A DNA stretch of 35,272 nt from a virus. The notes under the pieces were generated by a model that made no database searches, was not told the DNA's origin, and saw nothing but the letters and a program-made list of their open reading frames with translations. Below, one piece after another: positions 1-7,087 of the stretch. The stretch is from IMG/VR virus record IMGVR_UViG_3300029714_000026, positions 1 through 35,272 of that record; one strand, given 5' to 3'. Position numbers and translations under genes: made by a program. Position 1 is the stretch's first letter, and the number at the start of each line of letters is the position of its first letter.

Positions 1-45
1 CGTCTAAACAACGGCGCGAGGGTTCAAATCCCTCCTACTCCGCCA
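1..45 (+). tRNA. 3' part of a class-II tRNA, tRNA-Ser-like (the 5' part lies left of the window)
   Basis: T-arm GAGGG-TTCAAAT-CCCTC, acceptor 3' strand CTACTCC, discriminator G, encoded CCA at 43-45. The preceding CGTCTAAACAACGG fits the 3' side of a long variable arm. Confidence 0.7.
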
Positions 46-99
46 AGAAAATCCCTCGTAGTTTCGTGAAAACTGCGGGGGGTTTTCCATTTGTACAGA
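1..99 (+). repeat. attL: left copy of a 99-bp perfect direct repeat bounding the prophage (identical to 35174-35272)
   Basis: Base-by-base identity of 1-99 with 35174-35272. The repeat holds a tRNA 3' end plus 54 bp downstream. The integrase gene lies next to the right copy. Confidence 0.9.
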
Positions 100-225
100 A
101 TGACCCCGCGCGAAAGAAAACGGATAAAATAGAAGAACTTCCAAACTACTACCATATTTTACTACCAAACCATTATAACTACCAATGCGGGAAAATGCAA
201 CACTTTCCGACACATGGCAGCACAC

Positions 226-270
226 GCAAACAAAAACAGCCCCGAGGGCCAGACGGCTCCCGGGGCTGTT
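226..270 (-). terminator. Intrinsic terminator ending the lysis/late operon
   Basis: 10-bp GC-rich stem (235-244 pairs with 261-270). On the minus strand it is followed by TTTTTGTTTG, about 30 nt after the holin stop. Confidence 0.6.
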
Positions 271-298
271 GCTATGCTATGGACTTACAGCTGTGTGC

Positions 299-565
299 TC
301 AGTGCACGCTGTTTTTCTTCTGCTCGTAGACCTCATCGGCAGCGAGGGCGGCCTGGGTGAAGCTGTTGTTCTGCCACCAGGCCACCAGCGCGGCCACGGT
401 GGTGATGCCAGCGGTCACCAGCTGCTCCACGGTGGCGCTCTCGATGGGCAGCACGGGCTTGCCGCAGGCGGACAGAATCTGGTTGGTCAGGGCCAGCAGC
501 AGGACAGCAGTGCGGGTGATGGTACCGGCGGAGATGGTGGGTGCGTTGTAGGTGTGTGCGTTCAT
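299..565 (-). CDS. Holin (phi LC3 / LL-H-like family)
   Basis: 88 aa with hydrophobic segments and the C-terminal motif VAWWQNNSFTQAA typical of this holin family. RBS GAAAGGAA. Last gene before att, next to the endolysin. Confidence 0.75.
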   Translation of the reverse strand: MNAHTYNAPTISAGTITRTAVLLLALTNQILSACGKPVLPIESATVEQLVTAGITTVAALVAWWQNNSFTQAALAADEVYEQKKNSVH

Positions 566-567
566 AG

Positions 568-801
568 TCAGTTCCTTTCTCTTTCGTGTTCGTCTGCTTC
601 TAAATCAGCGATGCGGTGGTTGGCCACCTTCATCTGCTCTTCCAAAATGGGGACGCGGCGGGCAAAATTGTTGTGCTCCCGCACCTCGCGGGTCAGCTCT
701 TCCAGCTTGGTGTCGGTCACGGCCTGACTGCGGCTGTTGGCGATCAGCACCCCAATCAGGGTCACGGCACCGGCAAGGATAGCTGAGATGATGCTTTCCA
801 T
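568..801 (-). CDS. Small membrane-anchored coiled-coil protein of the lysis cassette (holin partner or spanin-like, function unknown)
   Basis: Internal ATG at 801 with RBS AAGGGGGTGA. N-terminal TM segment SIISAILAGAVTLIGVLIA, then a charged helix. The longer 150-aa track ORF overlaps the endolysin in an Arg/Pro-rich frame. Confidence 0.6.
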   Translation of the reverse strand: MESIISAILAGAVTLIGVLIANSRSQAVTDTKLEELTREVREHNNFARRVPILEEQMKVANHRIADLEADEHERERN

Positions 802-814
802 TGGTATCACCCCC

Positions 815-1228
815 TTACTGCGTCCATCTGCTTTTGTTGGGCCGGGTGTCCACATGCACCCAGCCCTTGGTGCGGCCTGCCTTGACCGGGTAGCGGCCAA
901 CGCCGCCCCAGCCGGGCAGCAGGCTTTCGGCGTAGGCGGCCACGTCCTCGACGGACACGCCCGCCACCTGGATGTCCGCTGCCCGGCCCAGCAGGTGCTG
1001 GCTGCTCTTGGAGCCGCCAACGGCGGTGTTATGTGCCGCGGTACGGTATCCGCTGGTAATGGTCACGGCTTTGCCGAAGTGCTCACGGATGCACTGCAGC
1101 AGCACCACAAGTGCCTCGTCAATGAGGATCGTGTCAGAGCCATCACGGCACCGAAACTCCCGGACACGGAAGCCCGGTGCCAGCTGCTTGGCGCCATCCT
1201 TTGCAAGGGAATACTGTTTAGTTGCCAT
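815..1228 (-). CDS. Endolysin, peptidase M15 (D-Ala-D-Ala carboxypeptidase-like, zinc) family
   Basis: Motifs SGYRT..HN, SQHLLGRAADI and GWVHVDTR (H-x-D-x-H zinc ligand pattern of M15). ATG at 1228 preceded by GGAGGA. Confidence 0.8.
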   Translation of the reverse strand: MATKQYSLAKDGAKQLAPGFRVREFRCRDGSDTILIDEALVVLLQCIREHFGKAVTITSGYRTAAHNTAVGGSKSSQHLLGRAADIQVAGVSVEDVAAYAESLLPGWGGVGRYPVKAGRTKGWVHVDTRPNKSRWTQ

Positions 1229-1415
1229 TGTCTTTGTCCTCCTGCCCATCATGGGCATCCAGCCCCACGGCCTCACAGGTCAACTCAATATCTTCCAGCT
1301 CTTCCTCGCACGCAACGCCGCCCAGCTGGTGGAGTTGCGTGTTTTGTCGGTGGACGATATCAAGCAGCCTGTGCAGCGTGGAGGTCAGCAGGTCGATCAA
1401 CTCAAGTTCCAGCAT
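1218..1415 (-). CDS. Hypothetical small acidic protein
   Basis: 65-aa ORF from the ATG at 1415 (GTG at 1424 is also possible). It overlaps both neighbours by about 11-14 nt, consistent with operon packing. No recognisable motif. Confidence 0.4.
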   Translation of the reverse strand: MLELELIDLLTSTLHRLLDIVHRQNTQLHQLGGVACEEELEDIELTCEAVGLDAHDGQEDKDNGN

Positions 1416-1563
1416 ACTGCTCACCGGTGATCTCGGTATATTCGGCCTCAGTCAGGCGCTGGGGCTTGCGCTGCACCAAAATTTTGAGCATGGCCTTAGA
1501 CCACCGGCCTGCCTCGTACTCTTTCTTTGCCTTGTCAAAGGCTGCACTGTGATTCTCACCCAT
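1402..1563 (-). CDS. XkdX-like small phage protein
   Basis: Manual translation (53 aa, below the track cutoff): MGENHSAAFDKAKKEYEAGRWSKAMLKILVQRKPQRLTEAEYTEITGEQYAGT. The ...LTEAEYTEITGE ending is typical of the XkdX family. Confidence 0.55.
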   Translation of the reverse strand: MGENHSAAFDKAKKEYEAGRWSKAMLKILVQRKPQRLTEAEYTEITGEQYAGT

Positions 1564-1723
1564 TGCTCATGCCCTCCTCGGTGTTGGTGGCCTCGTCCTC
1601 GGTCGGGACATCGGCCAGAATGCACAGAAAATCCACCATAGACGCAATCTGTGCCAGATCTGCGTCCCGGTTTTCGTCCTCAGTCGCGGCCTGAATGCTG
1701 CCGGGCTTGTGAAGAATTTTCAT
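1556..1723 (-). CDS. Hypothetical 55-aa acidic protein, translationally coupled to the RT gene
   Basis: Manual translation: MKILHKPGSIQAATEDENRDADLAQIASMVDFLCILADVPTEDEATNTEEGMSNG. Its ATG overlaps the RT stop as ATGA (1720-1723). Confidence 0.45.
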   Translation of the reverse strand: MKILHKPGSIQAATEDENRDADLAQIASMVDFLCILADVPTEDEATNTEEGMSNG

Positions 1724-2754
1724 GTTATCCACTCCAAAAGAGATTTAACGTATTTATCCATGCGCTGCAGCAGCTGCTTGGAGTTGCCTTTTGCGGCATG
1801 GGCTTTCCATGATTTATACTGTTCGCGCAGAGCGGTGACGGGCTTTTCGCCCGCCTTGATAAGCTGGGCCAGCCTGTACAGGCGTTTCCGCTCTGCCTTA
1901 ACGTTTTGCGGGTCAACGGTCATTATGACCTTGCCCTCCGGTGTCAGGCGGTAGATAAAGCCGAGAAAACGGAAACCATCCCGCAGCCGGACTATTTTAG
2001 TCTTGGTCGGGTGTAGTTCCATTCCCTCGGTAGCATACCGGGCCCGGATGGCCTCCCGCCACTCCACCAGCTGCTCCCTGCTATGGTGACAGATCCAACT
2101 ATCATCCATAAAGCGGACATACTTGTCCGCACGCAGGCGCTCTTTGATGTAGTGATCTATGGGGTCAGGCACCGAGATCCCGGCCAACTGCACCATCTGG
2201 CTGCCCGGACTATAACCGGCCTCGCCGGTGTATTGGCGATCCAGCACGTCACGCACACGGGCATACACGTTGTATGGCAGTTTGCGCTCAAAGCGCTGGT
2301 TTGCCACCTCGTGCGGCATCGTATCGTAATAGTGCCGGATATCTACCAGCAGACACCAGCCGTCTGGGCCGTGCTGCCGGTATTCGCGTTCTATCATCAG
2401 CTTGACCTGCTGTCGGGCCCAGTCAGTGCCCTTGCCTGTCTGACAGGCCGCATTGTGCCGGATAAAGCCCTTTGACATGGCCGGATAGACGGCATTGTCA
2501 TTGAGTGAGCGCTGATATACCCTATCCCGGAAACTGGTAGCCACCGCCACGCGGGGCTTTGGATAGGTGATTTTGACTTTTGATGTTGGCCGTGCCCTGT
2601 ATGTGCCTGTGACAAGTTCCTGATGGAGTCTCAGGATCTCGTCCATGCCAAACAGGCAATATCTGCCCACGGCAGCCTTGCGGCGCACGCCTTTGGAGCA
2701 TTTGCCCATTGAGGTATACAGGGCATCAAAGCCGATTATTTCCTCTTCTTGCAC
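1720..2754 (-). CDS. Reverse transcriptase of a diversity-generating retroelement
   Basis: RT motif A LLVDIRHYYDTM, motif C YVRFMDDSWI (YxDD-type), SPGSQMVQLAG in the motif-B region. GTG start 12 nt after AGGAG. Lies immediately 3' of a TR/VR pair and an avd-like ORF. Confidence 0.9.
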   Translation of the reverse strand: MQEEEIIGFDALYTSMGKCSKGVRRKAAVGRYCLFGMDEILRLHQELVTGTYRARPTSKVKITYPKPRVAVATSFRDRVYQRSLNDNAVYPAMSKGFIRHNAACQTGKGTDWARQQVKLMIEREYRQHGPDGWCLLVDIRHYYDTMPHEVANQRFERKLPYNVYARVRDVLDRQYTGEAGYSPGSQMVQLAGISVPDPIDHYIKERLRADKYVRFMDDSWICHHSREQLVEWREAIRARYATEGMELHPTKTKIVRLRDGFRFLGFIYRLTPEGKVIMTVDPQNVKAERKRLYRLAQLIKAGEKPVTALREQYKSWKAHAAKGNSKQLLQRMDKYVKSLLEWIT

Positions 2755-3056
2755 TGTTTTTCAGTTCTCCTCGCAAGGAGCAGCCGGGTGATAGCGGTCA
2801 ACACCCCGCAGGGTGGCCACGTCCGGCGGCTATTGTTCGCCTGCCAGAGGGCAGGCATGGCACTCGGCTCCTTGCACGGCAGTTTTCGCCCGGCCCATGC
2901 TATGCAGAGGCTTTTGTGGGTTTGCTGCCGTCCAATCCGGGGCGCTGCGATTCGCGTTGATGCCGTTCCAGTTGTTCACATTGCCGGAACTGTTGACGTT
3001 GAAGGCGTTGTTGCCGTTGCCACGATTCGCAGAGCGCAGCCGCACATTGCGGCCCA
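2755..3056 (-). ncRNA. DGR template RNA region (TR plus TR-to-RT spacer)
   Basis: The non-coding stretch between avd and RT contains the TR (2933-3056) and a 178-nt structured spacer. Confidence 0.6.
2933..3056 (-). repeat. DGR template repeat (TR)
   Basis: 124-bp ungapped match to 3556-3679. All 16 mismatches sit at TR adenines on the minus strand. In the VR frame it is rich in AAC (Asn) codons. Confidence 0.92.
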
Positions 3057-3079
3057 ATAGCCTACAGCCATTTTTTATG

Positions 3080-3490
3080 TCAGAGCGATTTATACCGCTT
3101 TGCATCATTCTCGTGCCAGTCCCGGCAGCGCTGCCGGATATCTCGCACAGTACCGCCCCAGAAAACGCACCGCTTGCCGGAGAGATGGAAACTGACTTTT
3201 GCCATGTCCATCTCAGCCAGCAGGCGGGTACACAGACGGACGGCCTGCTTCTGGAGGTCAAGCCGGGCCTTTCTGGTTTCCGGCCCGTCCACCCGGATGC
3301 TGTTGGCCTCAAAGATATCAAAATATATCTGATCGGCAGTCGCACGCAGCTGGCCGGGGAGGTGCGCGTCAATCTCCGGGTCAAAGATCTTTGCGTTTTT
3401 GGTGATCTGTCTGGTGTACAGTGCCAGATCCCGTGCATCAAGCGGCAAAGTAAATTTGTTGTCCGGGATCTCGTCTTTGCGCATTGCCAT
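3080..3490 (-). CDS. avd: Accessory variability determinant (Avd-like four-helix-bundle protein)
   Basis: 136-aa basic helical ORF located between the target gene and TR, the canonical avd position and size. Confidence 0.75.
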   Translation of the reverse strand: MAMRKDEIPDNKFTLPLDARDLALYTRQITKNAKIFDPEIDAHLPGQLRATADQIYFDIFEANSIRVDGPETRKARLDLQKQAVRLCTRLLAEMDMAKVSFHLSGKRCVFWGGTVRDIRQRCRDWHENDAKRYKSL

Positions 3491-3507
3491 GTAAAGCCCT
3501 CACTTTC

Positions 3508-3533
3508 TCACCGGGCAAGGAATTGCCCGGTGA
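3508..3533 (-). promoter_or_regulatory. Perfect hairpin immediately 3' of the DGR target gene (DGR target-recognition hairpin and/or terminator)
   Basis: TCACCGGGCAA-GGAA-TTGCCCGGTGA: 11-bp stem and 4-nt loop, abutting the stop codon at 3534-3536. Confidence 0.7.
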
Positions 3534-4787
3534 TTATGCCAATTTGGTGATTTTGCAAGCCGGGGCGCTGCGAAGCGCGTAGATGCCGCTCCAGCTGCTC
3601 ACATAGCCGGAACTGTAGACGTAGAAGGCGTAGCTGCCGCCGCCACGAATCGCAGAGCGCAGCCGCACATGGCGGCCCACAGTACGCTGTGCCAGATCGC
3701 GGGTAATGCGCAGGGGATAAGTCTGCCACAGGGCCTGCGGGGTCTTTGCGCCGGTGCGCTCTTTCCAGTAGGGCCAATAGCTGCCCTCACCGGACACCTG
3801 CGGACTGCAATAGATCTCCTGCAGGGAGGGCAGGAAAATCTTGTCATAGGTCACAACGGCGCTGCCGTCATCGGTAACGCCGTTGCCGTAGGTCACGACT
3901 TTCACGCGGGACAAAGCGCTTTTGAAGTCATCAGAGAAGCCGGACAGGAAGCCGGGCAGGGTGTCGGCCTGATCGGGTTTCATGTCCCACTTATCCTGCG
4001 GCTGCCACCATGCGCCTGCCGCTGCGTCACTGTTCAGGTACTGCCGGTACGCGGATTTCCACCACCGGTTATCGCCATAGCCAACAGGATGCAGGCCGTT
4101 CAGATCGCCGTTTTCCTTGGCAAGGAAGGTGCCGAGATTGGTGCCAGCGCTGCCAGCGGTCACGCTGCAGGTTTCCAGCAGCTCAGATTTCTGCTGATCC
4201 TTGTAGACATAGACCTTCCAGTTGGCAGGCACAACGTCCGGCGCATTATAGAAGCCGGTCAGGCGGGCACCCGCCGGGGCCGCCTTGGTCAGGGTGAACT
4301 GATAGACCGCATCGGTCTTGACATTATTGCCCCAGTTCAGGCCCATCTTGACGTTGTAGGTGCCCGCCACAAGGCCGCCGTCAGGCACCACATAGAATGC
4401 CTGATAAGCAGAAAACTGCAGGTCATACAAGGTTGCATAGTGCATCTGCAACACCATTGCCGGGACCGTGGCGCCGCTCTCGCCCTCTGCGGTATCGTCC
4501 GGCTGCACCACATCCCACGGGCAGTCGTAGGCTTTGCCGTCCTTGCCCGTGTAGGTGTTCACCAGCTGGGTGCCGGTGGGGAAGGTAATCGGGGCGCTGC
4601 CAGCGTCCACAACGGCCTTGATGGCGTTATAATCCATCTCCTCAAAAATGCCGGTCTGTGCCTTTGCCAGCACGCCCAGCGAGGCAGACACGCCCAGCAT
4701 GGTGGCATTGAGCAGATCCAGCTTTGCACCGTTGGCTTTCGCGGTTTCGTCCAGATAGATCGGATCGGTTACCATAGATTCAGCCAT
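3534..4787 (-). CDS. DGR target protein: distal tail fibre / receptor-binding protein with a C-terminal C-type-lectin-like variable domain
   Basis: 417 aa with RBS GAAAGGAG. Last of the tail-fibre genes. The C-terminus ...RLRSAIRGGGSYAFYVYSSGYVSSWSGIYALRSAP is encoded by the VR. Confidence 0.85.
   Translation of the reverse strand: MAESMVTDPIYLDETAKANGAKLDLLNATMLGVSASLGVLAKAQTGIFEEMDYNAIKAVVDAGSAPITFPTGTQLVNTYTGKDGKAYDCPWDVVQPDDTAEGESGATVPAMVLQMHYATLYDLQFSAYQAFYVVPDGGLVAGTYNVKMGLNWGNNVKTDAVYQFTLTKAAPAGARLTGFYNAPDVVPANWKVYVYKDQQKSELLETCSVTAGSAGTNLGTFLAKENGDLNGLHPVGYGDNRWWKSAYRQYLNSDAAAGAWWQPQDKWDMKPDQADTLPGFLSGFSDDFKSALSRVKVVTYGNGVTDDGSAVVTYDKIFLPSLQEIYCSPQVSGEGSYWPYWKERTGAKTPQALWQTYPLRITRDLAQRTVGRHVRLRSAIRGGGSYAFYVYSSGYVSSWSGIYALRSAPACKITKLA
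3556..3679 (-). repeat. DGR variable repeat (VR)
   Basis: Matches the TR with 16 substitutions, only at TR-adenine positions. It encodes the last ~40 codons of the target gene. Confidence 0.92.
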
Positions 4788-4801
4788 GAGATTTACTCCT
4801 T

Positions 4802-5656
4802 TCAGGTTTTAGCGTATTTCATGCAGACTTTGCCGTTTACCACGACAAAGCCGCAGGATTCGAGTGCAGCCACGCGGGCAAGGGTGTTGGTGTAGTCCTC
4901 CGGGATGGTGGCCAGCACCTCCTCGCCCTTCTTCTCCACGGCAGCGGTGGCCGTGGTCTGTGCTTTGGCCACAGCACCGGTGGCGGTGCTCTGGGCAGTC
5001 TGGACAGCCTTTGTGGCAGTGGTCTGGGTGTCGGTCACGGCCTTGACCGCGCCGTTCTGGGCCTGCTGCACGGCATCCAGAGCGTCCTGCTTGCTGGTGC
5101 CAATGGCATCCAGCGCGTCAGCCTTTGCAGATTCTGCCGCTTTCTGGGCGCTCTCTGCCCGGCCTGCGGCTGTCTCAGCTTTGGACGCGGCCTTGGCGCT
5201 CCGATTGGTAGCACCGGCAGCAGCTTGGGCGGCCTGCTGGGCCTTGTTCGTCTCGTCCTTGACAGTGCCCACCAGAGCTTCCCACGCAGGGGTGCCCGGC
5301 TCCGGCTCTGTGCCGTCCTCTGTGCCGCTGTTGGCGCTGACACGATACCGCAGATCTGCACTTGTCACGGTGCGGGTGCCGTCGCTGCCCTCGAAGGTCA
5401 CGCACCCATTGCCGGGCTGTGCGGTCACGCTGGCGGGCACGGCCACATAGCCGTCCACCACCAGCGTGGACGCCGGTGCCCCGCCGCCCGGCAGGTGCCA
5501 GAATGCGCGGATGATCAGGCCCTGCCACTCGCCGGATGCGGTGACGTTGAGTTGGTACACGCCCCGGTTCTTGGTGTAGCCCAGCGCCAGCGCCGAGGCG
5601 TGCCCCGGCAGGCATACGCTGCCGCCGGATGTCAGCGTGATGGGGAACTCGATCAT
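4802..5656 (-). CDS. Tail fibre-associated structural protein with an Ala/Gln/Thr-rich coiled-coil
   Basis: 284 aa with RBS AAGGAGGTG. The central region is a low-complexity coiled coil (AQQAAQAAAGA...TATKAVQTAQSTATGAVAKAQTTATAAV). Located between tail fibre genes. Confidence 0.6.
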   Translation of the reverse strand: MIEFPITLTSGGSVCLPGHASALALGYTKNRGVYQLNVTASGEWQGLIIRAFWHLPGGGAPASTLVVDGYVAVPASVTAQPGNGCVTFEGSDGTRTVTSADLRYRVSANSGTEDGTEPEPGTPAWEALVGTVKDETNKAQQAAQAAAGATNRSAKAASKAETAAGRAESAQKAAESAKADALDAIGTSKQDALDAVQQAQNGAVKAVTDTQTTATKAVQTAQSTATGAVAKAQTTATAAVEKKGEEVLATIPEDYTNTLARVAALESCGFVVVNGKVCMKYAKT

Positions 5657-5694
5657 AAAGCAACACCTCCTTGGTGCGTCCTTTTCCGGCCCGG

Positions 5695-5847
5695 TCAGGC
5701 GCTGGTCTTTTCAGTCAGCAGCTCGGTCAGCTCGGCATATTGCTCATCAGTCAGCTTGTTGGCGGCATAGAAGATATCCAGCTTTTTTGCCATACCGGCG
5801 GTCTTGCCACGCTCGATCATACGCTTGCAGGTGTTATAAAGTGCCAT
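5695..5847 (-). CDS. XkdX-like small phage protein
   Basis: Internal ATG at 5847 after GAAAGGAAG: MALYNTCKRMIERGKTAGMAKKLDIFYAANKLTDEQYAELTELL..., the XkdX-type ending. Directly follows a tail fibre gene. Confidence 0.6.
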   Translation of the reverse strand: MALYNTCKRMIERGKTAGMAKKLDIFYAANKLTDEQYAELTELLTEKTSA

Positions 5848-5866
5848 AGTATTTCTTCCTTTCTGG

Positions 5867-7087
5867 TCATGCGGTTTCAGTTGTTTCATCATCGGTCACG
5901 CCCAGCTCCAAAAGAGTCAGGCGGTAGTCCTGGTCAAGGTTCAGTGCGTCGGCATCGTCCTGCGCGGCCTGGGTCTCGGTCAGCAGTTCGGCAATGGTTG
6001 GGTAGTGGTAGCCGGTGACCCAAAAAGTGATACTCGCATTTGTTGACTTTTCAAACTGAAAGTGCAGAGTACCCTTCGGCTGGAACGTAGTTGTGGAGTA
6101 AGTAGCGACGCCTCCAGCGTCAAGGCTGTGATAAGTTGACCCGCCGCGTGCAATATCGACTTCGGTACCATCGCCGCGTTCCGATTTAGATTTGATATGC
6201 ACATAATCCACGCCATCGGGAATCTGGATGTCGTAAGACCGAATCATATTGTGGTTCGAGGCAGCGGCAGTCACCGTAGTGTTCCACGCCAGCCGGGGCT
6301 CCGACTTTACCGCCACGGCGGCAGCGATCTTGTCGTTGAGGGTCTTGCCGCTCAGGGTGCCGTCCTCGTCCACGTCCAGATAGTCGCCCACCTTGACGCC
6401 GCCCAGCTGGTCCGCCGTAGCGGGCGGCAGGGTGTACGGCGTGCCGAATTTCGCGTCCGCCTCTGCCTTGGTATAAAAGTTCCCGCTCTCCACCGCCGCG
6501 ATGGCGGCGTCCAGGGCGTCGAGTTTGGTGTGCAGCTCGGTGGACAACTGGGTCATTATGGCCAGCGCCTGCGCCTGCAGCTGCGCCGTGGGGATGCCGG
6601 TCACGCTGTCCCGCATGACGCCGCACACGTCTTCGTCCGCGCGGGTGTCGGTGATGTCGGCGGCGGTGATCACCGAGGAGCCTGCGGGCACGCTCACCGT
6701 GCACAGGCCCAGCTCGTACTGGTTGTGATTCTGCAGGATGGTGGGCGGCTCCGGGGCGGCGGCAGGGGTGCCGGGTTTGAGCTTGACGGCGGTCAGGTTG
6801 GCTGCGGTGTCGAACTGCAGCACCACCCGGTCGATGCGGGGCAGGGTGCTGTCGGCGTCCGGGACGATCAGGTTGACCGCCTCCCGGCTGCAGGCCGAGA
6901 CGCCCTTGAAGTCGTCGTAGTTGATCCACGCAAGGCCGGGGGCTACGGTGATCTGCCGCGCGCCGGTGACGCTGACCGCGTAGTTGGAATCTTTGGCGTA
7001 GACGCCGGAGGTGCGGGTGCACAGGTAAGTGCTCACGTCCTCCGCGTCGTAGGTGACGCCGTTCAGTGGATAAGTGATGATGCTCAT
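5867..7087 (-). CDS. Tail fibre / receptor-binding-type structural protein
   Basis: 406 aa. ATGA overlap with the upstream Tal-like gene. Call is from position after Dit/Tal, with no catalytic motifs. Confidence 0.6.
   Translation of the reverse strand: MSIITYPLNGVTYDAEDVSTYLCTRTSGVYAKDSNYAVSVTGARQITVAPGLAWINYDDFKGVSACSREAVNLIVPDADSTLPRIDRVVLQFDTAANLTAVKLKPGTPAAAPEPPTILQNHNQYELGLCTVSVPAGSSVITAADITDTRADEDVCGVMRDSVTGIPTAQLQAQALAIMTQLSTELHTKLDALDAAIAAVESGNFYTKAEADAKFGTPYTLPPATADQLGGVKVGDYLDVDEDGTLSGKTLNDKIAAAVAVKSEPRLAWNTTVTAAASNHNMIRSYDIQIPDGVDYVHIKSKSERGDGTEVDIARGGSTYHSLDAGGVATYSTTTFQPKGTLHFQFEKSTNASITFWVTGYHYPTIAELLTETQAAQDDADALNLDQDYRLTLLELGVTDDETTETA

Noticed and set aside
1-45. tmRNA (ssrA) 3' end as the integration target
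   Set aside because: The acceptor end reads CTACTCC-G-CCA. tmRNA and tRNA-Ala-like ends have an A discriminator and a G:U at the third pair. The long variable arm and the CTGCTAA loop at attR fit tRNA-Ser instead.
68-87. GAAAAC-N8-GTTTTC hairpin after the tRNA 3' end as a tRNA terminator
   Set aside because: It has only a 6-bp AT-rich stem and a poor T-tract (CATTTG), which is too weak to call. It is mentioned only as part of the att repeat.
2830-3441. 203-aa minus-strand ORF spanning the TR and overlapping avd
   Set aside because: Its Asn-rich segment is simply the TR read in the VR frame. The rest overlaps the well-formed avd ORF out of frame. In DGRs the TR acts as a non-coding template.
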